NCBI GenBank assembly: GCA_020636505.1
Contig: JACJXR010000009.1
Span: 4,228-68,227, forward strand
Direction: 5' to 3'
Length of the DNA stretch: 64,000 nt
Source of the DNA: Chitinophagales bacterium
GTDB lineage: Bacteria; Bacteroidota; Bacteroidia; Chitinophagales; Chitinophagaceae
Shown piece by piece: positions 45,393 through 55,126 of this stretch. The notes below the pieces were generated by a model. The model made no database searches, had not been told where the DNA came from, and saw only the letters and a program-made list of their open reading frames with translations. Every line of letters starts with the position of its first letter. Within the stretch, counting starts at the first letter, position 1. The translations under genes were made by a program, and so were the position numbers.

Positions 45393-47669
45393 ATGAAAGC
45401 ATTATCACTATCCATAATCCTATTGTTTCTATGTGGCCAATCTTTTGCTCAGTTTCAAGGCGATGTGTTTCGCTCGCGGAATGATGCAAAAGTTATAGGC
45501 TATGGAGGAAAGGAAAAGACACTTGCATGGGCCGGTGGTATCAATTCACCACAGTTTGCAATGGGAGACCTGAATCAGGATGGTCGTGAAGACTTGGTGA
45601 TATATGAACGAGGATATGGACCCAGAACTTTTCTCGCAACAAGTAACGGAGAATACAAGTATAGTCCTCAATATGAAGCAAGTTTTGCACCTCATTTTTA
45701 CAACCCTTCTTATTACACGAACGGGTATCTGAAGCTGATAGACTACAACAAAGACAATATTCCTGATCTGTTCGCTTATGGATATTTTGGATGCACTGCT
45801 TATACCGGCTATTACGACAGCAGTGTCTTGAAGTTTAAACAATATAAGGAGGTAAGGTATGATGACCCAAACAGTCCGGGTAGTACCATAAGCATATTTG
45901 TAAACTCACCCGATATACCGGGTTTTGAGGATATAGATAACGACGGCGATATCGATTTTCTCTCATATGGTTTTGGCGGTAACACCATCACATGGTATAA
46001 GAACTGCGCCAAAGAGAAAGGTATGCCATTTGACAGTATCATTATATGTGTAGAGGATGATTGTTGGGGAAAGACCGTTCAAGATACCGCACGTACACAT
46101 AGGTTGCATACCTCTTGCCCGCAATACTTTAGAACTTGCAAACGCAGCAGCGCAAAGACCACACACTCCGGCAACACTCTATGCCTGATAGATATGGACA
46201 AGGATGGCGACTATGATTACCTAAACGGAAACATATCTTATACCGACATACAATATTTAAAAAACGGAAGGAGTGAGTTTGGTGGTGTTGATACGATAAT
46301 AGCTCAGGATACTTCTTGGGGTGGTTCTTCGGGTAATAAAGATGTTTTTATGCCGAACATGCCGGCTGCATTTTATGTGGATATAGATCATGACGGTGAT
46401 AAAGACCTTGTATTTTCTCCGGTTGATGAAACGACTTTGGAGAATTATAAGTCCGCCGCTTTTTACGAGAATACTAGCACGACATCCGTTCCAAATTTTG
46501 TATTCAGAACTGACACGTTCTTGGTTGATAAAATGATAGACAAAGGCTACGGTTGTTATCCGGTGTTCTATGATTTCAACAAAGACGGCAAGAAAGATTT
46601 GTTTATAGGCTCTGATGGATATTATCAACCCACACAGGGTAGGAAAAGAAGCACCATATCTTATTACAAAAACACATCAACACCGGGCAACTTCAGTTTT
46701 GAATTGCAGACAGATGATTTCTTAGGCTTGTATGCAAGAGATGTACAAGGCGCAGCAATCGCAATAGGTGATATTGACAATGATACGCTAGACGACCTTG
46801 TGATTGGAAAGACAGACGGTACATTTGAGCTTTATAAGAATACGGCAGCATCTGCTGTTGATTCACCTATATGGGTGTATTCTACAAATGCACTAATGGA
46901 CCCGGCCACCAGTAAGGTATTGGATGTAGGCGATTTTGCAACTCCTGTGATATATGATATAGACAAAGACGGTAAGAATGACTTGATAAGCGGTAATATG
47001 ATAGGTGAGTTGTATTACTTCAACAATTACAGTTCACAAGCAGGGTTGGTAGCTTTAAAAGAGATGACCAAAACACTTGGAGGTGTCAATGAATTTGACC
47101 CGAGCAGGGGAGAAGGTTACAGTGTTCCCTACATTGGACCGATGGACAATACAGGAACAGATTATTTAGTGGTTGGGACATATTTTGGAGAGTTGAAGCG
47201 TTACGACGGTTTCCAGAGTGGAAGTGTACCTGCTAAATTCACAATGATAGACTCCAACTATTCTTGGATAAATGCAAGACACAGAGCTGCACCTGCATTT
47301 GCAAATGTGGATGGTGATGCTGACAACCTATATGAACTGGTATTGGGTAATGTGCTTGGTGGAGCCAACTTTTACAGACAAGATTATAAAGTGTCTGTAA
47401 AGGATATAAACACTGTAGAACTTAAAGTGTCTGTATATCCCAACCCTGCAAAGAACGACCTTACTGTTTCTTGGACAAGTATAGGTAAGAACAAAAGTGT
47501 GATAGTGCAATTGATATCGGTAACAGGACAGAACATAGCAGCCGGTGTTTATCCTGCAGACCAATCCGCTGCACATATTGATATCAGTAGCTTGTCGCCG
47601 GGAGTATACTATGCCATTGTGCAGTCGCAAGAAGAAAGGGTTGTGAAGCCTGTAACGATATTACGATAA
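45393..47669 (+). CDS. FG-GAP/VCBS-repeat protein with T9SS type A C-terminal sorting domain (paralog 2)
   Basis: Collinear with 43124-45367 over its whole length, with the same Ca-binding-like D-rich loops. C-terminus VSVYPNPAKNDL...GVYYAIVQS...VTILR. Confidence 0.85.
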   Translation: MKALSLSIILLFLCGQSFAQFQGDVFRSRNDAKVIGYGGKEKTLAWAGGINSPQFAMGDLNQDGREDLVIYERGYGPRTFLATSNGEYKYSPQYEASFAPHFYNPSYYTNGYLKLIDYNKDNIPDLFAYGYFGCTAYTGYYDSSVLKFKQYKEVRYDDPNSPGSTISIFVNSPDIPGFEDIDNDGDIDFLSYGFGGNTITWYKNCAKEKGMPFDSIIICVEDDCWGKTVQDTARTHRLHTSCPQYFRTCKRSSAKTTHSGNTLCLIDMDKDGDYDYLNGNISYTDIQYLKNGRSEFGGVDTIIAQDTSWGGSSGNKDVFMPNMPAAFYVDIDHDGDKDLVFSPVDETTLENYKSAAFYENTSTTSVPNFVFRTDTFLVDKMIDKGYGCYPVFYDFNKDGKKDLFIGSDGYYQPTQGRKRSTISYYKNTSTPGNFSFELQTDDFLGLYARDVQGAAIAIGDIDNDTLDDLVIGKTDGTFELYKNTAASAVDSPIWVYSTNALMDPATSKVLDVGDFATPVIYDIDKDGKNDLISGNMIGELYYFNNYSSQAGLVALKEMTKTLGGVNEFDPSRGEGYSVPYIGPMDNTGTDYLVVGTYFGELKRYDGFQSGSVPAKFTMIDSNYSWINARHRAAPAFANVDGDADNLYELVLGNVLGGANFYRQDYKVSVKDINTVELKVSVYPNPAKNDLTVSWTSIGKNKSVIVQLISVTGQNIAAGVYPADQSAAHIDISSLSPGVYYAIVQSQEERVVKPVTILR

Positions 47670-47684
47670 CAATATTCAGATCAT

Positions 47685-47715
47685 AAAAAGAGCCGCTCAA
47701 TGAGCGGCTCTTTTT
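47685..47715. terminator. Bidirectional intrinsic terminator
   Basis: AAAAAGAGCCGCTC-aat-GAGCGGCTCTTTTT: a 10-bp GC-rich stem flanked by an A-run and a T-run, between convergent genes. Confidence 0.8.
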
Positions 47716-47733
47716 ATTGGTGGGTACAATGAA

Positions 47734-48150
47734 TTAGTCTTCCCAAACGTATTGCTTCTTGTTGAGCAACAACGCTTCTCCGTCGATTGTCTTTTTATCG
47801 GTACCTGCTTCAAACACTTCGCAAGTGTAAAGGATACGGTTCTTTTCTTTGAATATCTCTTTTACAGTCACAACAGCTTCGTACTCGGTATCAACAAACA
47901 TAGGAGCGAACCACTTCATGGATTGACTCATGTATACATGTCCGTCTACATACCAAAGTGCACCGAATATTTTGGTAAATACACTGGCACCAAGGAAACC
48001 ATGAATGATATTGCGACCGAACATGCTGTCTTTTCCTGCTTGTGGGTCTATATGCAGAGGGTTGGTATCTCCGCTGACACGTGCAAAGGTGTCTACATCG
48101 TCTTGAGTATAGCTGAACTTGTGGCGGAATTCATCTCCGATCTTTAGCAT
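47734..48150 (-). CDS. MaoC-family (R)-specific enoyl-CoA hydratase / hotdog-fold dehydratase
   Basis: Hydratase-2 motif ARVSGDTNPLHIDPQAG. 138 aa. Confidence 0.85.
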   Translation of the reverse strand: MLKIGDEFRHKFSYTQDDVDTFARVSGDTNPLHIDPQAGKDSMFGRNIIHGFLGASVFTKIFGALWYVDGHVYMSQSMKWFAPMFVDTEYEAVVTVKEIFKEKNRILYTCEVFEAGTDKKTIDGEALLLNKKQYVWED

Positions 48151-48320
48151 AAAAATGATTTTTTAGAATGAATGATTTCTATTTACGGGGTCAAAATAAC
48201 AAAAGGAACAGAAATATCACGCCCATATAGCACCTAAAACGCGTTTAATACCTGATAAGTGGTTGAGTTTCAGAGGATGTTAATAAACTGTGTATTTTAA
48301 GAATTAGTATGTGATATTTT

Positions 48321-48350
48321 TTTGTTTTGTAATATAAATCCATACCTTTG
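48321..48350 (+). promoter_or_regulatory. Weak Bacteroidota-type promoter candidate upstream of 48483
   Basis: TTTG at 48321-48324 and TACCTTTG at 48343-48350, with an 18-nt spacer. This implies a ~125-nt leader. The motif is short and common in AT-rich DNA. Confidence 0.3.
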
Positions 48351-48482
48351 CGCCGCCAAAAGGAACTTATTGGAGGTAATAATACCTTAATATACCGAAA
48401 ATACAGAGCTAATATTGGCGATTGACCTTTACGGTCGAAATGAACATTAAACAAAGAAGCTTAATAAATAAAACCAAATAAA

Positions 48483-49979
48483 ATGGCTAACAAAGACAGT
48501 AAAAGTTTTGTTGACACAATGGTGGATGCTCAAAAGCAAATGGTGGAAACTATGACAGAAACCACTAAGAAATTTGCAAACGGTAACACAGCAATGAAAG
48601 AGACGATAGAGAAAGGAAGCGAGTGGTACAAGAATTGGATGGAGAACCAAAACAAAATATTCTCTAAAGCTCAGGATAAAGCAACAGGCTTTTCAGAAAA
48701 CAGCCAAGACGCAATGTCTAAGATGAACGAGTTTTACCAAAACTGGTTCAACACTCAAATGGGTTGGGCTAAGCAAATGTGGGAAATGAACATGGACCAC
48801 ATGACGAAGACAGCCAACCAAACAAAAAACAACACAAACGACCCAATGGCCGCTTGGAACAACTGGACCAACAATTGGAACAGCTGGATGAACAACATGA
48901 ACCAAGCCGCTCAGTGGAACGATATGATGAACAAATGGCAAACTGCCAATCCTTTCAATGCAGATGCTTGGAAAACAACTTCTGAAAATTGGATGGGTAT
49001 GTTCAATCAATACTACGAAATGTTGAACAACAGCTTCGCTGAAATGCAGAAGAACATGCAGAACGGTACTACCGAAGATGCTTACCGCAATATGGTGAAT
49101 GTTTCTGAAGGTTTCACTCGTTTCTCTGAAATGTGGATGCCTTTCTGGAAATCAATACAAGAGAAGTCTTTCAACTCTGAGTACTTCAGCAAATTGGTTA
49201 ATCCTGCTGCTTACAAAGATATGATGGACAAGTTCTTTGGTTTCATGCCTGAGCAAAGCCGTGAGTACTTCCAGAACATGACCAACATGAGTCAGGAGCA
49301 CTTTGCGAATATGAGCAAAAACGGTATGAACAACTACCAGCAAATGCAGAGCATGATGAAAGGTATGATGCCTAATCCTGCTGATATGTTCGGTGGTATG
49401 TTGACCAACTACAACAACTTCTACAATATGATGAACAACGCGGCAACACCTTTCACAAAGATGATGACGCCTAATCAGCATACAAAGAGCTTGACTGTTT
49501 GGAACGATATCGCCAACCGTTTGGCTATCTACAACATCAAGAATTCTGAATTGCAATTCATGGTGTACACTCAAGGTACTAAAGTGATGGATGCTCTTGC
49601 AGAGAACGTTGCTAAGAAAATCGAAGGTGGTGAAGAGATTAACAGCATCATGTCTCTATACCAAGAGTGGTTGAACCTAGGTGATAAGACTTTCGTTGAA
49701 TTGTTCGAAAGCGAGCCTTACAGCAAGTTGATGGCTGAAGTTAACTCAATGCAGTTGACTCTTCGTAAAGACATCGAAGGTCAGCTTGAGCAGTACATGG
49801 TAGGTATACCGGTAGCTACTCGTAGTGAAATGGATGAGCTTTACAAAACCATCTATGATCTTAAGAAGCAAGTTCGCGAATTGGAGAAAGTAACAGTGAA
49901 CAACATCTCTGACGAGAACCCTGTTAAGAAAACAACTGCTACAAAGGCAACTGCTACCAAAACAGCGACAAAGAAGTAA
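48483..49979 (+). CDS. Phasin / PhaE-like protein, N/M/W/Q-rich, with Lys/Thr/Ala basic tail
   Basis: The N-terminus FVDTMVDAQKQMVETMTE... is phasin-like. The C-terminal PVATRSEMDELYKTIYDLKKQVRELEK resembles the PhaE (PHA synthase III E) C-terminus. The tail is KKTTATKATATKTATKK. Function is tentative. Confidence 0.45.
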   Translation: MANKDSKSFVDTMVDAQKQMVETMTETTKKFANGNTAMKETIEKGSEWYKNWMENQNKIFSKAQDKATGFSENSQDAMSKMNEFYQNWFNTQMGWAKQMWEMNMDHMTKTANQTKNNTNDPMAAWNNWTNNWNSWMNNMNQAAQWNDMMNKWQTANPFNADAWKTTSENWMGMFNQYYEMLNNSFAEMQKNMQNGTTEDAYRNMVNVSEGFTRFSEMWMPFWKSIQEKSFNSEYFSKLVNPAAYKDMMDKFFGFMPEQSREYFQNMTNMSQEHFANMSKNGMNNYQQMQSMMKGMMPNPADMFGGMLTNYNNFYNMMNNAATPFTKMMTPNQHTKSLTVWNDIANRLAIYNIKNSELQFMVYTQGTKVMDALAENVAKKIEGGEEINSIMSLYQEWLNLGDKTFVELFESEPYSKLMAEVNSMQLTLRKDIEGQLEQYMVGIPVATRSEMDELYKTIYDLKKQVRELEKVTVNNISDENPVKKTTATKATATKTATKK

Positions 49980-50008
49980 TATTCATAGATAGTGTATAAT
50001 TGTGGTGA

Positions 50009-50028
50009 GGGGCTGAGCAATCAGCCCC
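50009..50028. terminator. Hairpin between convergent genes
   Basis: GGGGCTGA-gcaa-TCAGCCCC, followed by TTATCTTTTT. It abuts the prmC stop codon. Confidence 0.6.
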
Positions 50029-50895
50029 TTATCTTTTTGCAGAAAGCATGCGTTCATTGCCGAACATGTCTTTTTTCAAGGCGGTGGAATATCCTTGTTG
50101 TTCGAACATCTTCTTTGTATCCGTTGCATAGTCTTGGTGCAGCTCGCAATAAATAACGCCTCCGGAGTTTAGGTGTGTCTTCCCAAACTCGGCGATATGT
50201 CTGTAAAAGAGTAGTGCATCGTCGTCCGGAACAAACAAAGCCGTACCCGGCTCGTAATCTCTTACGTTCCTATCCAGCTTCTCTTTTTCGGATATGGGTA
50301 TGTATGGAGGGTTGGAAACAATAATGTCAAAAGACGGTAATTGACTCCAATTGCCTTTGTTTAGAAAGTCGAACAAGAGGAAGGTTACTTCAGCATTGTT
50401 TTGTGTTGCGTTTCTTTTAGCCACGTCAAGCGCGTCTGCACTTACATCTATGCTTGTTATGGCTGCTTTTGGTAACAGCTTTTTCAATGATATGGGGATG
50501 CACCCGCTACCGGAGCCTATATCCAAGATAGAAGGTTGTGAGCCTTGTTGTTCATCCACTATCCATTGCACCAGCTCTTCGGTCTCAGGACGTGGAATCA
50601 ATACATGCTCGTTTACAAAATAGTCGGCACCTAAGAAGTGAGTTGTTTGTGTGATATGTTGAATAGGTACTCCCGTTAGGAGACGCTCTGTCGCATTATT
50701 CAGTTGCTCAGTTTGTTGGGTGGTCAGGGTTGTGTCTTTGACGAGCCTTTCGGAGTACGTGAGCCCTGTAATGTGCTCCATTAATATATTGGCTATGGCA
50801 ACAGCCTCGTTTTTATCGTACAGCTGTTGGAGGTCTGATACTAGATTGCGATATGATATGTTATGCCCCGACATGGAGGTAAAGATATTCAACAA
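50029..50895 (-). CDS. prmC: Peptide chain release factor N5-glutamine methyltransferase
   Basis: SAM motif ILDIGSGSGCI and catalytic VSNPPYI. Confidence 0.9.
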   Translation of the reverse strand: MLNIFTSMSGHNISYRNLVSDLQQLYDKNEAVAIANILMEHITGLTYSERLVKDTTLTTQQTEQLNNATERLLTGVPIQHITQTTHFLGADYFVNEHVLIPRPETEELVQWIVDEQQGSQPSILDIGSGSGCIPISLKKLLPKAAITSIDVSADALDVAKRNATQNNAEVTFLLFDFLNKGNWSQLPSFDIIVSNPPYIPISEKEKLDRNVRDYEPGTALFVPDDDALLFYRHIAEFGKTHLNSGGVIYCELHQDYATDTKKMFEQQGYSTALKKDMFGNERMLSAKR

Positions 50896-50900
50896 AAGTC

Positions 50901-51998
50901 GTGAAACTGTTTTTGTATTTTCGACCTGTGAACCACGAACAATACATAAGACGATGTTTGGAACTTGCCGAAAGAGGCAAGGGGTACGTAAGCCCCAATC
51001 CGATGGTGGGTGCCGTATTGGTGCATAATGATGTTGTGATAGGCGAAGGCTGGCATAAAGAATATGGCGGCCCTCATGCAGAGGTGAACTGCCTAAAGAG
51101 TGTATCTCCTGAACATAAACACTTGATCACAGATAGTACCATGTATGTATCATTAGAGCCGTGTGCTCATCATGGTAAAACACCGCCTTGTGCAACGCGA
51201 GTAGTTAACGAACAGGTCAAGCGTGTTGTGATATGCAATGTAGATCCGTTTGAACAGGTAGCAGGTAAGGGTATAGAGATATTGAACAATGCAAATATCG
51301 AAACGACAACAGGAGTACTTGATGATGCAGGCAAATGGGTGAACAGGCGCTTTTTCTGCTACAACGAATACAAACGTCCTTATATCATACTCAAATGGGC
51401 GCAAACACAAGATGGCTTTATTGCGCCGCTTAACAGGGAGCGTTTTCAAATAACGAATAAGCAAAGTACGCAACTGATACATAAATGGCGTACGGAAGAG
51501 GATGCAATAATGGTCGGGTATAATACCGCTATACATGACAACCCCGAATTGACGGCAAGAGAGTGGCTTGGTAATAACCCGCTGAGGATAGTGTTGGATA
51601 AAGAGTTGAAGCTATCTAATGATATGAAACTGTTTAACAATGCGGCTGAGACATGGGTGCTGAACAAACAACAAAATGACACTGTCAATAACGTCAGTTT
51701 CGTACAGATGGATTTTGATAAAGGTGTAGTGCATGAAGTATTGGCCGAACTGTATAATGCTCGTAAGCAATCGTTGATAGTAGAAGGTGGCGCAGTGTTG
51801 TTGCAAAGCTTCATAGATGCCGGACTGTGGGACGAAGCTAGAGTGTTTACAGGAGATGTTATATTGAAAGAAGGTATTGATGCTCCGGTACTCGCAAACC
51901 ATACTCATGCTTTTGACAAAGCCATTGCCGGTGACAAGTTGGATGTATACATAAACAAAGAATCAAAATATCCGTATGTGGACGGGTGGGGGCTTTAG
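50901..51998 (+). CDS. ribD: Bifunctional riboflavin biosynthesis deaminase/reductase RibD
   Basis: Deaminase zinc motif GPHAEV...LEPCAHHGKTPPC, with a C-terminal reductase domain. The real start may be the in-frame GTG at 50928 (MNHEQYIRRCLELA). Confidence 0.9.
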   Translation: MKLFLYFRPVNHEQYIRRCLELAERGKGYVSPNPMVGAVLVHNDVVIGEGWHKEYGGPHAEVNCLKSVSPEHKHLITDSTMYVSLEPCAHHGKTPPCATRVVNEQVKRVVICNVDPFEQVAGKGIEILNNANIETTTGVLDDAGKWVNRRFFCYNEYKRPYIILKWAQTQDGFIAPLNRERFQITNKQSTQLIHKWRTEEDAIMVGYNTAIHDNPELTAREWLGNNPLRIVLDKELKLSNDMKLFNNAAETWVLNKQQNDTVNNVSFVQMDFDKGVVHEVLAELYNARKQSLIVEGGAVLLQSFIDAGLWDEARVFTGDVILKEGIDAPVLANHTHAFDKAIAGDKLDVYINKESKYPYVDGWGL

Positions 51999-52001
51999 TG
52001 T

Positions 52002-52871
52002 ATGTTATTGCTGATACTCGTTATTCTACTTAATACCGTCATCTTTAGCATCTTCAAACTGTTCTCAAGGTTTTGTATAGATTCATTGCAAGCCATTACG
52101 GTAAACTATTGGGTATGCGTATTGACGGGAACAATGTTCTCCGGTATAAATCCTGTACAGAACTTATCAAGCACCGGATGGCTTATATATGCATTGCTAT
52201 TGGGAGTATTACTGATAGGGTTGTTCAATCTGCTTTCGTACAGTACCAATAAGGAAGGGATGATGGCAACAACCATAGCCAACAAATTGTCGTTGGTGAT
52301 ACCTGTGTTCTTTTCATACTACCTATACAGCGACAGCATGGATGTGTTGAAGATGCTTGGAATCATATTGGCTTTACCGGCAGTTTATCTTTCCAGCTAT
52401 AAGAAAGAACGTCTGCAAATGAGTTCGTTGCTGTTGCCATTCATCATATTTCTTGGTAGCGGTTTTATGGATACCTTTTTGAAGTACGTGCAACATCACC
52501 ATTTATCTACCGAACAGTCACAGGCACATTTCAGTATAGTAGGGTTTGGTGTGGCTGCCTCCATAGGGAGTATGATTGTGGTATATAAGAGTGTGGTTGG
52601 TAAGCATAAAATTGAATTAAGGAGCGTAATAGCAGGAGTTCTGCTTGGTGTGCCCAACTACTTTTCCATATTTCTGCTGATTCGACTATTGGATAGCGGT
52701 ATGATGCAAAGCTCGGCCATCATTCCTGTAAACAACATCGGTATCGTATTGGTGACAACCATTGTAGCCATAAGTTTATTCAAGGAAAAGGCTACGGGAT
52801 ATAAAGTGGCCGGAATAGGATTGTCGCTTTTGTCGATATTAATGATAATATTGGGAGAACAGAATGGATAG
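52002..52871 (+). CDS. DMT/EamA-type membrane transporter
   Basis: 289 aa with about ten hydrophobic segments in two similar halves. Confidence 0.7.
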   Translation: MLLLILVILLNTVIFSIFKLFSRFCIDSLQAITVNYWVCVLTGTMFSGINPVQNLSSTGWLIYALLLGVLLIGLFNLLSYSTNKEGMMATTIANKLSLVIPVFFSYYLYSDSMDVLKMLGIILALPAVYLSSYKKERLQMSSLLLPFIIFLGSGFMDTFLKYVQHHHLSTEQSQAHFSIVGFGVAASIGSMIVVYKSVVGKHKIELRSVIAGVLLGVPNYFSIFLLIRLLDSGMMQSSAIIPVNNIGIVLVTTIVAISLFKEKATGYKVAGIGLSLLSILMIILGEQNG

Positions 52872-53469
52872 TGTTTACAAATACAAAACGATAGTAAAAG
52901 AGTCTACGAGTGACTTTAGGGATAGAGGTAGCAAGTTCTTTGGTTTTGCATATCCCATAAACGACCTTGATGAAGTAAAAGATATAGTCAAAGACCTGAA
53001 GAAAGCCCATCCCAAAGCTGTGCATTATTGTTACGGATGTAGAGTGGGTGTTGATGGAACTATGTTCAGAGCTAACGACGATGGAGAACCGTCAGGGTCT
53101 GCAGGTAAACCGATACTGGGGCAAATAGACAGTGCAGGGTTGACCAATGTGTTGGTAGTTGTGGTTAGATATTTCGGTGGTACATTATTGGGAGTGCCGG
53201 GATTGATAAACGCATATAAGACTGCTACCGAAGAAGCTCTGACAAAAGCCGAAGTGGTAGAAAAGCAAATTGAAAAGATCATCACGATTACTTTCGATTA
53301 TCCTGTAATGAACGATGTGATGCAACTGTTGAAACAATCGGAAGCGACCATACACAAACAAGACTTACAACTGTTTTGTGAAATAAAAGCAGGAATACCG
53401 TTGAGTGCCGCCGAAGAATACTTTGCCAAACTCTCCGAACTTAGAGGTGTCAACATAAAAGACAATTGA
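52864..53469 (+). CDS. YigZ / IMPACT-family protein
   Basis: Contains KGSKF-type N-terminus ([11 protein letters not shown]), [25 protein letters not shown] and [13 protein letters not shown]. Confidence 0.85.
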   Translation: MDSVYKYKTIVKESTSDFRDRGSKFFGFAYPINDLDEVKDIVKDLKKAHPKAVHYCYGCRVGVDGTMFRANDDGEPSGSAGKPILGQIDSAGLTNVLVVVVRYFGGTLLGVPGLINAYKTATEEALTKAEVVEKQIEKIITITFDYPVMNDVMQLLKQSEATIHKQDLQLFCEIKAGIPLSAAEEYFAKLSELRGVNIKDN

Positions 53470-53470
53470 A

Positions 53471-54403
53471 TTGAGCCAAGCCGAATTGCATACACGATCG
53501 ATCAAAGAACAGGCTGCGAAGCTTGGCTTTATGAGTTGTGGCATTGCCAAGGCCGAAAGGCTTGATGATGATGCTGTGCGATTGGAACAGTGGCTCAATA
53601 AAGGTTATAATGGCAAGATGGAGTACATGGAGCGCAACTTCGACAAGCGAGTGGATCCGCGAGAGTTGGTGCCGGGTGCAAAGTCTGTCATAACGCTTTT
53701 GTTCAACTATTATCCAAGTGAGGAGCAACAACCGGATGCACCCAAAATAGCCAAATATGCTTGGGGTAAGGATTATCACTACGTGATAAAAGACAAGCTG
53801 AAAGCCTTGTTGCAATATATCAACCAAGAGATAGGCGAAGTGCAAGGACGAGGTTTCGTAGACAGTGCTCCTGTATTGGAAAAATCATGGGCCGTTCGTT
53901 CCGGTCTTGGATGGGTAGGTAAGAATGCGAATTTGCTTACCAAAAATGCGGGCTCTTTTTTCTTTGTTGCTACCCTTATCTGTGATTTGGAGTTGATACC
54001 TTCAGAACCTTTCAGTACAGACCATTGCGGCACATGCACCAAATGCATAGATGCTTGCCCGACAGATGCCATTGTGAGTCCTACTGTTGTGAATGGCAGC
54101 AAATGTATTTCATACTTCACCATCGAGTTAAAAGACGCATTGATACCTAGTGAATATCATGATAAACTGAATGGTTGGATGTTCGGTTGTGATATATGCC
54201 AAGATGTTTGTCCTTGGAACCGTTTCTCAAAACCACATAACGAACCTGAATTCACTCCGGTACATGAAGTATTGAACCTCGGTTTACAGGAATGGGAACA
54301 AATGACGGAAGATACTTTCTCAAAACTGTTTGGCAAGTCTGCACTCAAGCGAACCAAACTGCAAGGTGTGCAGCGTAATATTTCCGCTTTAAAGATGCTG
54401 TAA
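53471..54403 (+). CDS. queG: tRNA epoxyqueuosine(34) reductase
   Basis: TTG start. Two 4Fe-4S motifs, [16 protein letters not shown] and [11 protein letters not shown], within the typical QueG frame. Confidence 0.9.
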   Translation: MSQAELHTRSIKEQAAKLGFMSCGIAKAERLDDDAVRLEQWLNKGYNGKMEYMERNFDKRVDPRELVPGAKSVITLLFNYYPSEEQQPDAPKIAKYAWGKDYHYVIKDKLKALLQYINQEIGEVQGRGFVDSAPVLEKSWAVRSGLGWVGKNANLLTKNAGSFFFVATLICDLELIPSEPFSTDHCGTCTKCIDACPTDAIVSPTVVNGSKCISYFTIELKDALIPSEYHDKLNGWMFGCDICQDVCPWNRFSKPHNEPEFTPVHEVLNLGLQEWEQMTEDTFSKLFGKSALKRTKLQGVQRNISALKML

Positions 54404-54405
54404 AC

Positions 54406-55071
54406 TTATTGCTCCTTGCCACCAAGCATAGGTACGAAAGAGAAGTCGCCTAATTCTTCTTCGTGGATATTGCCATCCTTATCTTTTGTGATGCGTAACA
54501 TTTTCTGTGCACCATCACTACCGACAGGTATCATCATTATGCCGCCCGGCTTCAGTTGTTCAATCAACTTCTCAGGAACATAAGGTGCAGCTGCTGTGAC
54601 TATCACTTTGTCGAAGGGTGCGTATGTTTTCAAACCTTGATATCCATCTCCGTAGAATCGTTTGATGGATGGGTAGTTTTTGAGAAAGAAGAATTTACCG
54701 ATATAGTCGTACAGTTCTTTTTGTCTTTCGATGCTGTAAACCGTAGCTCCCATCTCCGCCAATACACAAGCTTGGTATGCGCTGCCTGTGCCAATTTCCA
54801 GCACTTTGTCGAACTTCTTAATTTCCAACAACTCGGTCATGTACGCAACGGTATACGGTTGCGAAATGGTTTGTCCCGCAGCTATCGGGAAAGCTCTGTC
54901 CTCATAAGCCTTACGTTCAAAAGCAGGGTCTAAAAAGAAATGACGCGGAATGGCATTGATGGCGTCCAATACACGCGCATCTTTTATGCCTTTCTTTTTC
55001 AGTGTGTCTATCAGATTTTTCCTCAGCCCTTTGTGCAGGTACGTATCTTCTTTGGGTTTGCTGTGAAGCAT
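54406..55071 (-). CDS. pcm: Protein-L-isoaspartate O-methyltransferase
   Basis: Start chosen at MLHSKPKEDTYLHKGLRKNLID. Contains GQTISQPYTVAYM and the SAM motif VLEIGTGSAYQ. Confidence 0.9.
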   Translation of the reverse strand: MLHSKPKEDTYLHKGLRKNLIDTLKKKGIKDARVLDAINAIPRHFFLDPAFERKAYEDRAFPIAAGQTISQPYTVAYMTELLEIKKFDKVLEIGTGSAYQACVLAEMGATVYSIERQKELYDYIGKFFFLKNYPSIKRFYGDGYQGLKTYAPFDKVIVTAAAPYVPEKLIEQLKPGGIMMIPVGSDGAQKMLRITKDKDGNIHEEELGDFSFVPMLGGKEQ

Positions 55072-55126
55072 GATGTAAAAATAGGGTAGGGAAACTTGAT
55101 ATGAAATGGTTGTGGTTAAATATTCT

